Shown piece by piece: positions 19,130-29,930 of a stretch of 64,000 nucleotides of DNA. How positions within the stretch are numbered: the first letter of the stretch is position 1; each line of letters opens with the position of its first letter. This DNA comes from Methanocaldococcus sp. 16A (GTDB taxonomy: Archaea > AGJL01 > Methanococci > Methanococcales > Methanocaldococcaceae), in assembly GCA_049860595.1 (NCBI GenBank), contig CP187551.1, one strand, 5' to 3'. A program made the position numbers and the translations under genes. Below the pieces are notes generated by a model. The model had not been told where the DNA came from and made no database searches. It saw only the letters and a list, made by a program, of their open reading frames with translations.

Positions 19130-20485
19130 ATGATGCCGAAAAATATTAATATCATTGGGTATATATTACTTACCGTTTTCTTACTATTAGTGCCAGTATA
19201 TGCAGAAGGTGATTACAACTATAGATTGGGTGATGTCAACAAAGATGGTTCCATTGATATTGCAGATGTGGTTTATCTTTTCAAACACAGAGACCTTGAT
19301 ATAGAAGATGGTGATTTAAACGCAGATGGCAGCATAGACATTGCTGATGTTGTTTATCTCTTTGTTAATTATCAAAAAATGAGAGAACCTATTCATTATG
19401 CCAAAAATATAAAAATTACATATTATGATGAAAATGGAAATGAAGTAAATCCTTACAATGGAGAATCTTATGCATACAAAATAGTTGAAGACGCCACTGG
19501 GCAGAGATTACTATTAAAAAATGAAAGTCAGCCAATACCTTCATGGGCTGAAGGAAAATACGACAAGGTAATTAATGTCCCATTAAAAAGAGTTGTTGTG
19601 ATGAGTTCCACCCACATAGCTTTAATGGAACCACTAAATGACGATGGCTCAGTGATTGGCTCAGTGAAGGGAATAATGTGGGGAGGAACATACAAGTGGT
19701 ACTTTGATGATATTAAAGAAGGGCTTAATAATGGTTCAATAATTGACGTTGGTTCTTCATACAGTCCAAATTATGACTTAATTATTAACATCTCCCCACA
19801 GGTTGTGTTTGTCTATCCAGGATACAGCGGAGATGCGATAATTGCAAAATGTAAGGAATTGAACATAACTTACGTTGCTGATGCAGAATACTTAGAAGAT
19901 TCTTACCTTGCAAGATGTGAATGGGTAAAGATGTTTGCAGCGTTTTACAATAAAGAAGATGTGGCAAGCAAATACTTCACAAGAATAGAAAAGAGGGCAT
20001 TGAATGTGAAAAGATTAACAAGAAATACAAATAGACCATTAGTGGCTTGGGGTAAGAACTATCCAAAATATGGTGGAACATACGTTCCAAAAGCACAGTC
20101 CTATGTTGCTAAGGCAATCATAGATGATTGCCATGGAGATTATATATTTAAAGACATTCCAGGGACTGGCAGTGCATGCATAGATTACGAGACATTTGCA
20201 GAGAGGGCAAAAGATGCAGACATCTGGGTAGTTCCATCAAGCACAACATGGTTATCAACCTTTAAAGATGACCATCCAGGATATGAAAACTTTAAAGCTG
20301 TGCAGAATGGAAGATTGTTCTGTATAAGTGATGATTACTGGCAACTTGGATTAATGAATACTGATGAGGTATTGATGGATTTAGCAACAATATTACATCC
20401 AGATGTATTCAAAGGAAGAACTACTCACTACTTCCTAAAATATAATCCTAATACTAATACAGCCGAGCCATATACCGCAGAATAA
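19130..20485 (+). CDS. Dockerin-tagged ABC substrate-binding protein 1 (BtuF/TroA-like helical-backbone fold)
   Basis: Signal peptide (VPVYA-E); duplicated GDVNKDGSIDIADVVYLF / GDLNADGSIDIADVVYLF (nt 19229-19372); then VPLKRVVVMSSTH, EYLEDSYLARCEWVKMFAAF, VLMDLATILHPD. Confidence 0.85.
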   Translation: MMPKNINIIGYILLTVFLLLVPVYAEGDYNYRLGDVNKDGSIDIADVVYLFKHRDLDIEDGDLNADGSIDIADVVYLFVNYQKMREPIHYAKNIKITYYDENGNEVNPYNGESYAYKIVEDATGQRLLLKNESQPIPSWAEGKYDKVINVPLKRVVVMSSTHIALMEPLNDDGSVIGSVKGIMWGGTYKWYFDDIKEGLNNGSIIDVGSSYSPNYDLIINISPQVVFVYPGYSGDAIIAKCKELNITYVADAEYLEDSYLARCEWVKMFAAFYNKEDVASKYFTRIEKRALNVKRLTRNTNRPLVAWGKNYPKYGGTYVPKAQSYVAKAIIDDCHGDYIFKDIPGTGSACIDYETFAERAKDADIWVVPSSTTWLSTFKDDHPGYENFKAVQNGRLFCISDDYWQLGLMNTDEVLMDLATILHPDVFKGRTTHYFLKYNPNTNTAEPYTAE

Positions 20486-20536
20486 ATAAAAATTACTTTT
20501 CTTCTTTTAAAAATAAATTTTTGAAGGTGACTGTTG

Positions 20537-23500
20537 ATGAAATGGAAGGTGCTTATACTGTCAATTTTAATGGCATCACTAATAGGAGTTTATGGTGAAA
20601 ACGTAACAGTAGAGTTGGTTCCATCAGATGTTATGGGATATGTTGGGGATACTATTAACTTAGATTTAGTTGTAAAAAATGTAGGTGCTGAGGGATGTGA
20701 GGGCTTTGATACATATATTTATTTTAATTCAAGTATTTTGAATATATCTGAAAACAATATTACCTTAAAAGATGTAAGTGGGAGTATATCTAAAGAGGAT
20801 ATATCAATATCCAATGGAAAAATTTGGATTTCGTTATGGTTTAGTAAAAGTTTTACAGGGAATTTTACAATTGCCACACTATCATTTAAGGCAATAAATG
20901 AAGGTCAAGGAACAATATCATTGTATGGAACTGTTTTATCTGATTCAAATGGATTCCACATTGAGCCATTAATTTTAAAAAACTCAAATGTAAAAGTATT
21001 ATATAAACCAATTGCTGACTTGTTAGTTCCTGAAATTATAAATGCTGAATTTGGAGATAATGTAACTGTTCCAATAACTGTAGCTCCAAAGGTAAATGAA
21101 ACTGTGAATGTAATAAAAGGATATTTATCGTACGATAAAAATATGTTAAAACCAGTAAATGTATCTTCAAATGTTGGAAATGTTTTCTTCAATAGTTCAA
21201 GTGATTACTTTGAAATATCAAATATAAATCAATCAACAAACTTCACAATTAACATCACCTACAATGTAATAAATGTTGGAAATACCACAGTAAAATTGGA
21301 TAATGTCTATATGGAAGATATCAATGGAAGTTATGTAAAGGATATTTCATCAAATGCAACCACAATAGTAATCCCAGGACCTGATTTAGTAGCAGAGATA
21401 ATACCAGTATCACTCAAAGCATATACAAACAATACAATACCTATATTGGTAAAGAATATTGGGGAGAGGAATGTAACAGGTAACTTCTCAGTTAAGTTAT
21501 TGGTAGATACAAATGAGATAGGAACCTATACAATTAATGGATTGAATGTTGGAGAAACTAAGGAGGTAAACTTCACATTCATGCCTACAGAAGAGAAGAA
21601 TTACACACTTTGTGTTTTAGTTGATTGCAACAATGACGTAAAGGAAATTGATGAGAACAACAACAAATACGTTGATGAATTGTATGCTACAGAGGAGCCA
21701 ATAAGTGTAAATCTTATATCATCAACGAACTTAACAAAAACTGAAGAAACCTTTGAAGTTAGCATCACATTAAATAATATAACATCCGATAGACCAGCAA
21801 AGGCAATAGAAGGAGTTTTAACTTATGATAGTGGAGTATTAGATTGTATAAACTTTACATTCCTAATCAATGCATCTGAAGAAAATGGGACCTTACTGGA
21901 GAACATAACCTATGAAAAAGGCAAGGTAATATTCAAATTAATGGATGGTATTATTAACTCCTCAACAGTTGTAGCTATTGCTAAATTTAAGGCAATAGAT
22001 GTTGGAAACTCAGATATTGGTCTATCAAATTTAGTAGTATCTGACATACATGGATATAAATTTAACAAAGTATTAACAAACAATGTAAATGTTGTTGTAC
22101 AAGGTCCAAACATCAAAATAACCGACATCAATATATCAAACCCATTAATATACAGAATTCCAACTACAATAAACATTACAATAACAAACAATGGACATCA
22201 AGAAGCAAAACCATTTGATATTGTATTATACGCTGATGCCAATGAGATTGGAAAAGTAACAGTTGATGGGCTGAATATTAGTCAAAGTAAGACTATAGTA
22301 TTTAATTGGACTCCAGATGATATAAAAACATTTACAATAGTAGCAGTTGTTGATCCATCCAACGCAGTTAAAGAGGAGAATGAAAGTGATAATAAGCTTG
22401 TTAAGAAAATAAATGTTATAGAAATTCCAGTTTGGGTAAATGTATATAACACAACACCTGTAATTAATGGAACCTTTAATGCTACAATAGAGGTTAATGG
22501 AATAAATGAAAGGTTATGTAGTGGATATGATGGAAAGTTGATATTCAAAAACTTAAAAATTGAAAACATAGAACTTATTGGAATAAACAACTACACAATA
22601 AATAACAGTGAGTTAATATTCAGCGGATACAACTTCACAAAGTTAGGAACATTTAAAATAGCAAATATAACATTTAGAATAATTGATGAGAACAAGAGTT
22701 ACTCAGCAATATTGAAGTGCGTAGTGTTATCGGACAAGGATGGATACAAGTTTGAGAAGGTATTTATCAACAACACAATATTGGATGAGAGCTTACAAAA
22801 GGTCTTTGAAGGATTGTGTATTGAATCAGATGTGCTTGATAAAGTGGATATTGATAATGTGAAATTAGAATCTGTTGGAGATATTAACATAACAGTATTG
22901 CCTGTTAAAATTGGAGATATTGTAGATGAATTAACAATACCAAAAGTTAGTGAAAATATAACAATAAATATTACAGATGATGTTATTATAAAAATAAATT
23001 CAATATTGAACGATGCAAAAACATTAGAAGAAATTACCAAATCAGTAGATGATGAAGTAGAGTTAAATAAAACGTTGGATATGATATTAGAAAATATAGA
23101 ACCACTACTATGCGAAGGATTTAACATAACAAACAAAACTAAAGAAGAACCAAAGGAAATTGGTAATAAATTAATATCAACAATAAAATTCAAGGCAGAG
23201 AACTCATCCAACAAAGGATTTGTAATCGTTAGAATTCCAGTTGGTGAATTAAAAGTTGAGAATATTGTTGTAAATAACGGAACAGCGAATATTACCTTAA
23301 AAGAAAACGATGCTAACAGTAATGTAGGTTGGTATAAATATGTAGGTAATGGAGTTATTGAAGTTATCTTAATAAAAGACCCAGAAGTAAGTATTACTCT
23401 TACTAAAACATTACCTGTAATTCAAACAACTACAACAGCTTATTACTACAGTGGTGGAGGAAGCCATCATACAGCAATAGAACTCTACTCAGATGTTGCA

Positions 23501-23917
23501 CAAGATATTAAATCAACAAAAATAAAAGAATTTGTCCATAAAGCAAAATTAATCATAGGTTCAAAAATTGACATGAACTTATCAGCAAAATGCCTTAAAA
23601 ACGAATCAGAGTTAATAAATAATGCACTAGAGATAAAAGAGGATTGCATTTTAATTGGAGGACCCGTAGCGAACCCACTAACTAAGAAATATATGTGGAC
23701 ATTCCCAGTAAAAGTAACTAACGACTATCCAGGAAAACACAAAGGAGTTATAGAAAAACAAATAATAAATGGACACACAGTAATACTATTAGCAGGTTCA
23801 GATAGATGGGGTACAAAGGCAGCTGTAGAATACTTCAAGCAGTTAGATGATATTCCAGATGAACCAATATTTGTAGAGTGGAAAGATGGAAAAGCTATTA
23901 AAATAGAAAAACCTTAA
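20537..23917 (+). CDS. Scaffoldin-like surface protein: multiple cohesin-like + 2 CARDB domains + C-terminal S-layer-type domain
   Basis: Signal peptide; cohesin-like repeats (GNFTIATLSFKAINEG..LSDSNG; VAIAKFKAIDVG..VSDIHG; IANITF..LSDKDG); CARDB motifs PDL..VKNIGE..VDCNNDVKEIDENNN and VDPSNAVKEENESDN; Thr/Gly linker; ILIGGPVANPLTKKY...LAGSDRWGTKAA as in methanococcal S-layer C-domain. Confidence 0.8.
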   Translation: MKWKVLILSILMASLIGVYGENVTVELVPSDVMGYVGDTINLDLVVKNVGAEGCEGFDTYIYFNSSILNISENNITLKDVSGSISKEDISISNGKIWISLWFSKSFTGNFTIATLSFKAINEGQGTISLYGTVLSDSNGFHIEPLILKNSNVKVLYKPIADLLVPEIINAEFGDNVTVPITVAPKVNETVNVIKGYLSYDKNMLKPVNVSSNVGNVFFNSSSDYFEISNINQSTNFTINITYNVINVGNTTVKLDNVYMEDINGSYVKDISSNATTIVIPGPDLVAEIIPVSLKAYTNNTIPILVKNIGERNVTGNFSVKLLVDTNEIGTYTINGLNVGETKEVNFTFMPTEEKNYTLCVLVDCNNDVKEIDENNNKYVDELYATEEPISVNLISSTNLTKTEETFEVSITLNNITSDRPAKAIEGVLTYDSGVLDCINFTFLINASEENGTLLENITYEKGKVIFKLMDGIINSSTVVAIAKFKAIDVGNSDIGLSNLVVSDIHGYKFNKVLTNNVNVVVQGPNIKITDINISNPLIYRIPTTINITITNNGHQEAKPFDIVLYADANEIGKVTVDGLNISQSKTIVFNWTPDDIKTFTIVAVVDPSNAVKEENESDNKLVKKINVIEIPVWVNVYNTTPVINGTFNATIEVNGINERLCSGYDGKLIFKNLKIENIELIGINNYTINNSELIFSGYNFTKLGTFKIANITFRIIDENKSYSAILKCVVLSDKDGYKFEKVFINNTILDESLQKVFEGLCIESDVLDKVDIDNVKLESVGDINITVLPVKIGDIVDELTIPKVSENITINITDDVIIKINSILNDAKTLEEITKSVDDEVELNKTLDMILENIEPLLCEGFNITNKTKEEPKEIGNKLISTIKFKAENSSNKGFVIVRIPVGELKVENIVVNNGTANITLKENDANSNVGWYKYVGNGVIEVILIKDPEVSITLTKTLPVIQTTTTAYYYSGGGSHHTAIELYSDVAQDIKSTKIKEFVHKAKLIIGSKIDMNLSAKCLKNESELINNALEIKEDCILIGGPVANPLTKKYMWTFPVKVTNDYPGKHKGVIEKQIINGHTVILLAGSDRWGTKAAVEYFKQLDDIPDEPIFVEWKDGKAIKIEKP

Positions 23918-23918
23918 T

Positions 23919-23947
23919 CATTCTTCTTTTTTAATTAATCTTTTTTA
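23919..23947 (+). terminator. Oligo-T archaeal terminator after scaffoldin gene
   Basis: TTCTTCTTTTTT...TTTTTT immediately after stop codon. Confidence 0.45.
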
Positions 23948-24159
23948 AAAGTTTCATGGAAAAGTAATAAAAATTGAAAAACCTTAAAAATCTCTCAATT
24001 TAATTCTTTATTTTATTATTTTAGTAATAATATTTTTAAAAATTCTCTTACTTTTAACAACATTTAATTAAAAACATCATAAATTATATATATAAAATAT
24101 GTTAAATTATTATCACGTAACATTATTTGAAAAAATATAATACTAAGGAGTGGATTACC

Positions 24160-25479
24160 ATGTTTAAAAAAATAGTATTAATAATGGCTATTTTATTGAC
24201 ACCATTAGCATTTGGAGAAAACGTAGGAGATGTAAATGGAGATGGTTCAATAGATATTGCTGATGTTGTATATCTCTTTAAGCATAGAGATGTCCCATTA
24301 GAAGTTGGAGATTTAAACTGTGACAATTCCGTTGACATTGCAGATGTTGTATATCTATTCGTCAACTACCAAAAATGGAGAGAACCTGTAGTGTTTGCTA
24401 AAAACTTTGAAATAGAATACTACGATGTAAATGGAAATCCAGTAAGTTATGATGACAATTGGGCTTATAAAATTGTAACAACAAAATACGGGGACAATAT
24501 TTATAATAAGTACTGCATTGTTAGAGAAGGAGAGAATCCTCCAAGTAATCTGCCTTCAGATGTTAAAGTTATATATGCCCCAGTGAAAAAAGTTGCTACA
24601 GATAGTTCTTTCCAAGTAGCTATGCTTGAGGCTTTAAATGATGATAATGTAAGAAAATCCTTAAGAGGAGTATCTAAATACACATATACCAAAATAAAAG
24701 ATTATGGAGTTTTCCCGAACTTAAAACCTTATGTCGATAGTGGAAATATAATTCCAATAGGAAAATGGGGCGCACTTGATAAAGAGGCATTATTAAATAT
24801 AAGTCCAGACATTGTTTTCTTAACTTGGACACATGGTTATTTAACTACAGATATTGATACTGTAAAGGATTTAGGACTCAATTATCTCGTAACTGTAGAA
24901 TCAAATGAACCAGACTTTAGAGCAAAGGCAGAATGGGCAAAGGTATATGCTGCATTTTATAACTTAGATGCCAAAGGAAATGATTTCTTCCAGAAAGTTT
25001 GGAAAAAGAGAAATGAACTTATAAGAAAAACAAGAAATGCTGACTATAGACCAAAAGTAGCTATGCTCTATTGGTCACTATATTCAGGACCTTGGGTCTA
25101 CTGTGCCCAAAACTACTATGCAAAATGGGTTTTAGATGTTAAAGGAGATTACTGCTTCCTTGATATTCCAGGAACATCTTATGTAAATCTTGATAAAGAA
25201 ACAACCTTAGAGCACCTCCAAGACTGTGATGTATTCATATACATGAATTGGAACTCATTAAATGAGCCAATGGATACACTTGAAGAATTAAAAGAAAGAA
25301 GACCTGACTTAGCACCTATATTAGATCATGCAAAGAGAGTATATGTAACAAAACCAAATTATTCCTATGATGGAAATGTAAATATGGACTTGTTGATGGA
25401 AGACTTTGCAAGAATGATACATCCAGAATGCTTTGATGGTGGAGATAGCGAATTACATTACTTCAAAAAACTGAAATAA
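24160..25479 (+). CDS. Dockerin-tagged ABC substrate-binding protein 2 (BtuF/TroA-like)
   Basis: AGGAG RBS then ATG 24160; signal peptide (PLAFG-E); dockerin nt 24226-24369; APVKKVA, EPDFRAKAEWAKVYAAF, LLMEDFARMIHPE. Confidence 0.85.
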   Translation: MFKKIVLIMAILLTPLAFGENVGDVNGDGSIDIADVVYLFKHRDVPLEVGDLNCDNSVDIADVVYLFVNYQKWREPVVFAKNFEIEYYDVNGNPVSYDDNWAYKIVTTKYGDNIYNKYCIVREGENPPSNLPSDVKVIYAPVKKVATDSSFQVAMLEALNDDNVRKSLRGVSKYTYTKIKDYGVFPNLKPYVDSGNIIPIGKWGALDKEALLNISPDIVFLTWTHGYLTTDIDTVKDLGLNYLVTVESNEPDFRAKAEWAKVYAAFYNLDAKGNDFFQKVWKKRNELIRKTRNADYRPKVAMLYWSLYSGPWVYCAQNYYAKWVLDVKGDYCFLDIPGTSYVNLDKETTLEHLQDCDVFIYMNWNSLNEPMDTLEELKERRPDLAPILDHAKRVYVTKPNYSYDGNVNMDLLMEDFARMIHPECFDGGDSELHYFKKLK

Positions 25480-25789
25480 TCATACTATTTTTTAATTTTT
25501 ATTCTATTTTTATCTTCTAAATATTTAAATTTAAAGTTTATTAAAATATTTTTATATATTATCAAGATAACTATAAGTGATTTGATATGATTTTCAATAA
25601 CACTTTATATTCAATAAAAAACTCATTTCTATGAATGGTCTATACTATTGAACTTATTGAAGTCAAAGGCTTCAAAATATCCTTAATATCTATTTAAAGT
25701 GCATTCAACCTGTTATATATGACTTTAAGCATCTATATGCCTTATAAAATTTTATTTCTGCGAAAGCTCTATTTAAACTCTCATAGAAG

Positions 25790-26842
25790 GTGGTTATTTT
25801 GAAAATTAGGATTAAAGCTCTAACAGTATTTTTACTTTTAATGATATTTTCTTTGTCAATATTGAGTATAACTACTGGAACCATAAAAATAGAGCCAAAA
25901 AAATTTTATAACTATTTAATGGAAGGCACTACGGGTAATCCAATATGGGATAATGTTATTGAAAAGTGCAGACTTCCAAGAACTGTTGGAGCAATATTTG
26001 CAGGAATGGGTTTAGCAGTAGCAGGCTTGTTGATGCAAAGTTTGTTTAGGAACCCTTTAGCTGACCCTTATCTAATAGGGGTCTCGAGTGGGGCATCTTT
26101 AGGAGTAGCTCTTTATGTTTTTACATCATTACTATTTGAATTAGGAATTCCTCATTCAATATGGGGTTTTATATTAGCAGCCTATTTAGGCTCTCTGTTC
26201 TCTATGTTAGTAGTTATATCGTTAGCAAGGAAAGTTAGGCAAATTACTACACTTTTAATTGTTGGGCTCATGATTGGCTATATTTCCTCAGGTTTAATAA
26301 CTATTGTTATAACCTTTGGAGATTTCTTAGGTGTGGAGAATAGCAATTTGGCAAGTTTTATGATGTGGGGATATGGTTCTTTAAGTTCTTTGACTATGAA
26401 TAGAGCCATAATAATGGCTATACTGGTGGTTATTTGTAGCTTTATAACCTATTTTTTATCTAAGTATCTTGACGCCTATTTGCTTGGAGAAAACTACGCA
26501 AAGAGTGTTGGAGTTAATATAAAAAATTTGAGGATTGCCATAATTTTAATATCTTGTATGATTACTGCAAGTATTGTAGCATTTGCTGGACCAATAGGAT
26601 TTGTAGGAATGGTTTGTCCAATTGTTGCAAGGTTGGTATGTGGAACATCAAAACATTTCTATGTAATTCCTAATGCTATGTTAATAGGTGCAATTTTTTT
26701 AATAATAGCTGATATTCTTGTAAGACCTGGAGTAATAATTCCAACAACAAGCACAGAACTACCTTTAATGTGTCCTTTATCAATTATAGGGGCTCCAATA
26801 GCCATAATGATATATATCAAAAGAAAAAAGATGGGGATATAA
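25790..26842 (+). CDS. FecCD/BtuC-family ABC permease
   Basis: [32 protein letters not shown]; [11 protein letters not shown]; GPIGFVG. Confidence 0.95.
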   Translation: MVILKIRIKALTVFLLLMIFSLSILSITTGTIKIEPKKFYNYLMEGTTGNPIWDNVIEKCRLPRTVGAIFAGMGLAVAGLLMQSLFRNPLADPYLIGVSSGASLGVALYVFTSLLFELGIPHSIWGFILAAYLGSLFSMLVVISLARKVRQITTLLIVGLMIGYISSGLITIVITFGDFLGVENSNLASFMMWGYGSLSSLTMNRAIIMAILVVICSFITYFLSKYLDAYLLGENYAKSVGVNIKNLRIAIILISCMITASIVAFAGPIGFVGMVCPIVARLVCGTSKHFYVIPNAMLIGAIFLIIADILVRPGVIIPTTSTELPLMCPLSIIGAPIAIMIYIKRKKMGI

Positions 26843-27858
26843 TGAGAAAAATATCCGTGATTTTGCTAATGGTTTTGTTAATATTTTCTCTATTTGTTTT
26901 TGGGATATTTAAAGGAGGTAATGCAAAATCAATAACTATGGGTGATGTAAAAAATTTTTTAATTTATGGGACTACAGGAGATGAGTTTAAAGACAATATT
27001 ATATGGAATGTTAGAATTCCTCCGTTAGTCACTGCTTTAATTGTTGGAGCAGTTCTATCAGTTTCAGGATTAAAACTTCAGACACTTTTTAGAAATATTT
27101 TAGCGTCTCCATATACAACTGGAATATCCACTGGAGTTATATTAGGTGTGGCTATAACAGTATTCTTAGGTTTTTCATTCTCAAATATTATAAGAATTCC
27201 TGATTATATTGTAGGAGGTTGGATAGGTGCAGCTATAGCTTTAATAATATTATTGGCTCTTGCTTCAAAAATTAAGGATGTTACTGGAGTTTTAATTTGT
27301 AGTATATTGTTTGGATACTTCTACTATGGAATTGAGAGTTATTTAATAAGTTTTGCTGACAATGTCCAGATTCAAGAATTTTGGATGTTTTTACAGGGAA
27401 GTTTTTCAGGGACTAGATGGAATGATTTAAAATTAATGGCTATCTGCTCATTAATCTTTTTGATATTCTCATATATGCTTTCAAAGCATTTAAATGCCTT
27501 ACTCTTTGGAGAAAAATATGCAAAAAGCTTTGGTTTAAATATAAAATATGTTAGGATATTAATTTTATTACTCTCGGGATTTATTGTTGGGGCAGTAATT
27601 CCTTATGTAGGTTTAATTCCATTTGTTGGTTTGGCAGCGCCATATATTGCAAGAATTTTAATGAAAACTTCAGACCACAGATGGACAATTCCAGCAGCTA
27701 TGTTAATTGGGATGTTCATTTCACTACTGTGTTATTTGGTGTCAATAAAGATATTTGCCCCGAGAGTAGTTCCTGTAAAATCAATTTTAGATTTATTAGG
27801 TGGGGCGTTAGTAGTGTATATAATATACAAATCTGAAAAAAGATATAGAATAGATTGA
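26842..27858 (+). CDS. FecCD/BtuC-family ABC permease 2
   Basis: LQTLFRNILASPYTTGI, LFGEKYAKSFG, GLIPFVGL..P; ATG overlaps previous TAA. Confidence 0.93.
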   Translation: MRKISVILLMVLLIFSLFVFGIFKGGNAKSITMGDVKNFLIYGTTGDEFKDNIIWNVRIPPLVTALIVGAVLSVSGLKLQTLFRNILASPYTTGISTGVILGVAITVFLGFSFSNIIRIPDYIVGGWIGAAIALIILLALASKIKDVTGVLICSILFGYFYYGIESYLISFADNVQIQEFWMFLQGSFSGTRWNDLKLMAICSLIFLIFSYMLSKHLNALLFGEKYAKSFGLNIKYVRILILLLSGFIVGAVIPYVGLIPFVGLAAPYIARILMKTSDHRWTIPAAMLIGMFISLLCYLVSIKIFAPRVVPVKSILDLLGGALVVYIIYKSEKRYRID

Positions 27859-27875
27859 AATAAAGATTAATTTAC

Positions 27876-28136
27876 TTATTTTTCATCATTAATATTTTGT
27901 TTTTTACACATTAGGTATTTTTCAACAGCTAAACCTCTAAAAAAACACTCTCTCGCTTCATCATATCTTCCCAAAATTCTCAGAGCTAAAGCTTTATTAA
28001 AATATGCATCCCTATAAAATGGATTTAATTGTATTGCTTTATCAAAATACTCCAACGCTTTTTCTATATCTCCTTTATTTCCAAGTTCCACACCTTTTTT
28101 ATAATAATACTCTGCCTTTTTAATATTTTCATCCAT
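27876..28136 (-). CDS. Small TPR protein
   Basis: TPR repeats YYYKKGVEL..KALEYFDKAIQLNP..AYFNKA; start MDENIK after AAGGTG RBS. Confidence 0.85.
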   Translation of the reverse strand: MDENIKKAEYYYKKGVELGNKGDIEKALEYFDKAIQLNPFYRDAYFNKALALRILGRYDEARECFFRGLAVEKYLMCKKQNINDEK

Positions 28137-28153
28137 ACTAAACACCTTAAAAA

Positions 28154-28269
28154 TTATAGCTTTGTGCAAAAGTTTTTTAATTAAAATAAGGAATTAAAGA
28201 ATGTCTTCCATAAGGAAGACATTCAAATTGTCCTTTTTAAAGTTTATTTTATTTTGCACAAAGCTATAA
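28154..28269. mobile_element. 116-bp MITE-like palindromic element
   Basis: Perfect 18-bp TIR TTATAGCTTTGTGCAAAA / TTTTGCACAAAGCTATAA; internal hairpin GAATGTCTTCC-ATAA-GGAAGACATTC. Confidence 0.75.
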
Positions 28270-28282
28270 AAATAAAAAATAA

Positions 28283-29701
<1,419 letters not shown>

Positions 29702-29830
29702 TTACACCAAAAATGTTTTAGATTTTAATTAGATTTTAATGGGATTAATTATGAAATATAATTTTTTGGAAATGTGTTAAAATAAAATTATGTCTAATTA
29801 TTTAAGTTTAACAAATTATTTCAAAAAATT

Positions 29831-29930
29831 ATAGTAGGACTTTCGCAGGTATAAATATTGGAAGGTTTATTTAATGCTTTTGGCATCATTTTTTTACTAC
29901 TAAATATATAAAGTGCGAAAGTCCTATTAT
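29831..29930. repeat. ~100-bp palindromic repeat (TAGGACTTTCGCA...TGCGAAAGTCCTA family)
   Basis: Terminal inverted repeats read directly; multiple copies in window. Confidence 0.85.

Noticed and set aside
15555-25479. A true cellulosome or polysaccharide-degrading complex
   Set aside because: Dockerins are fused to ABC binding proteins; no glycoside hydrolase or CBM is recognisable in the window, and the host appears to be a methanogen
28137-28169. N-terminal extension of the TPR protein
   Set aside because: Upstream start falls within the MITE TIR; ATG 28136 has the RBS
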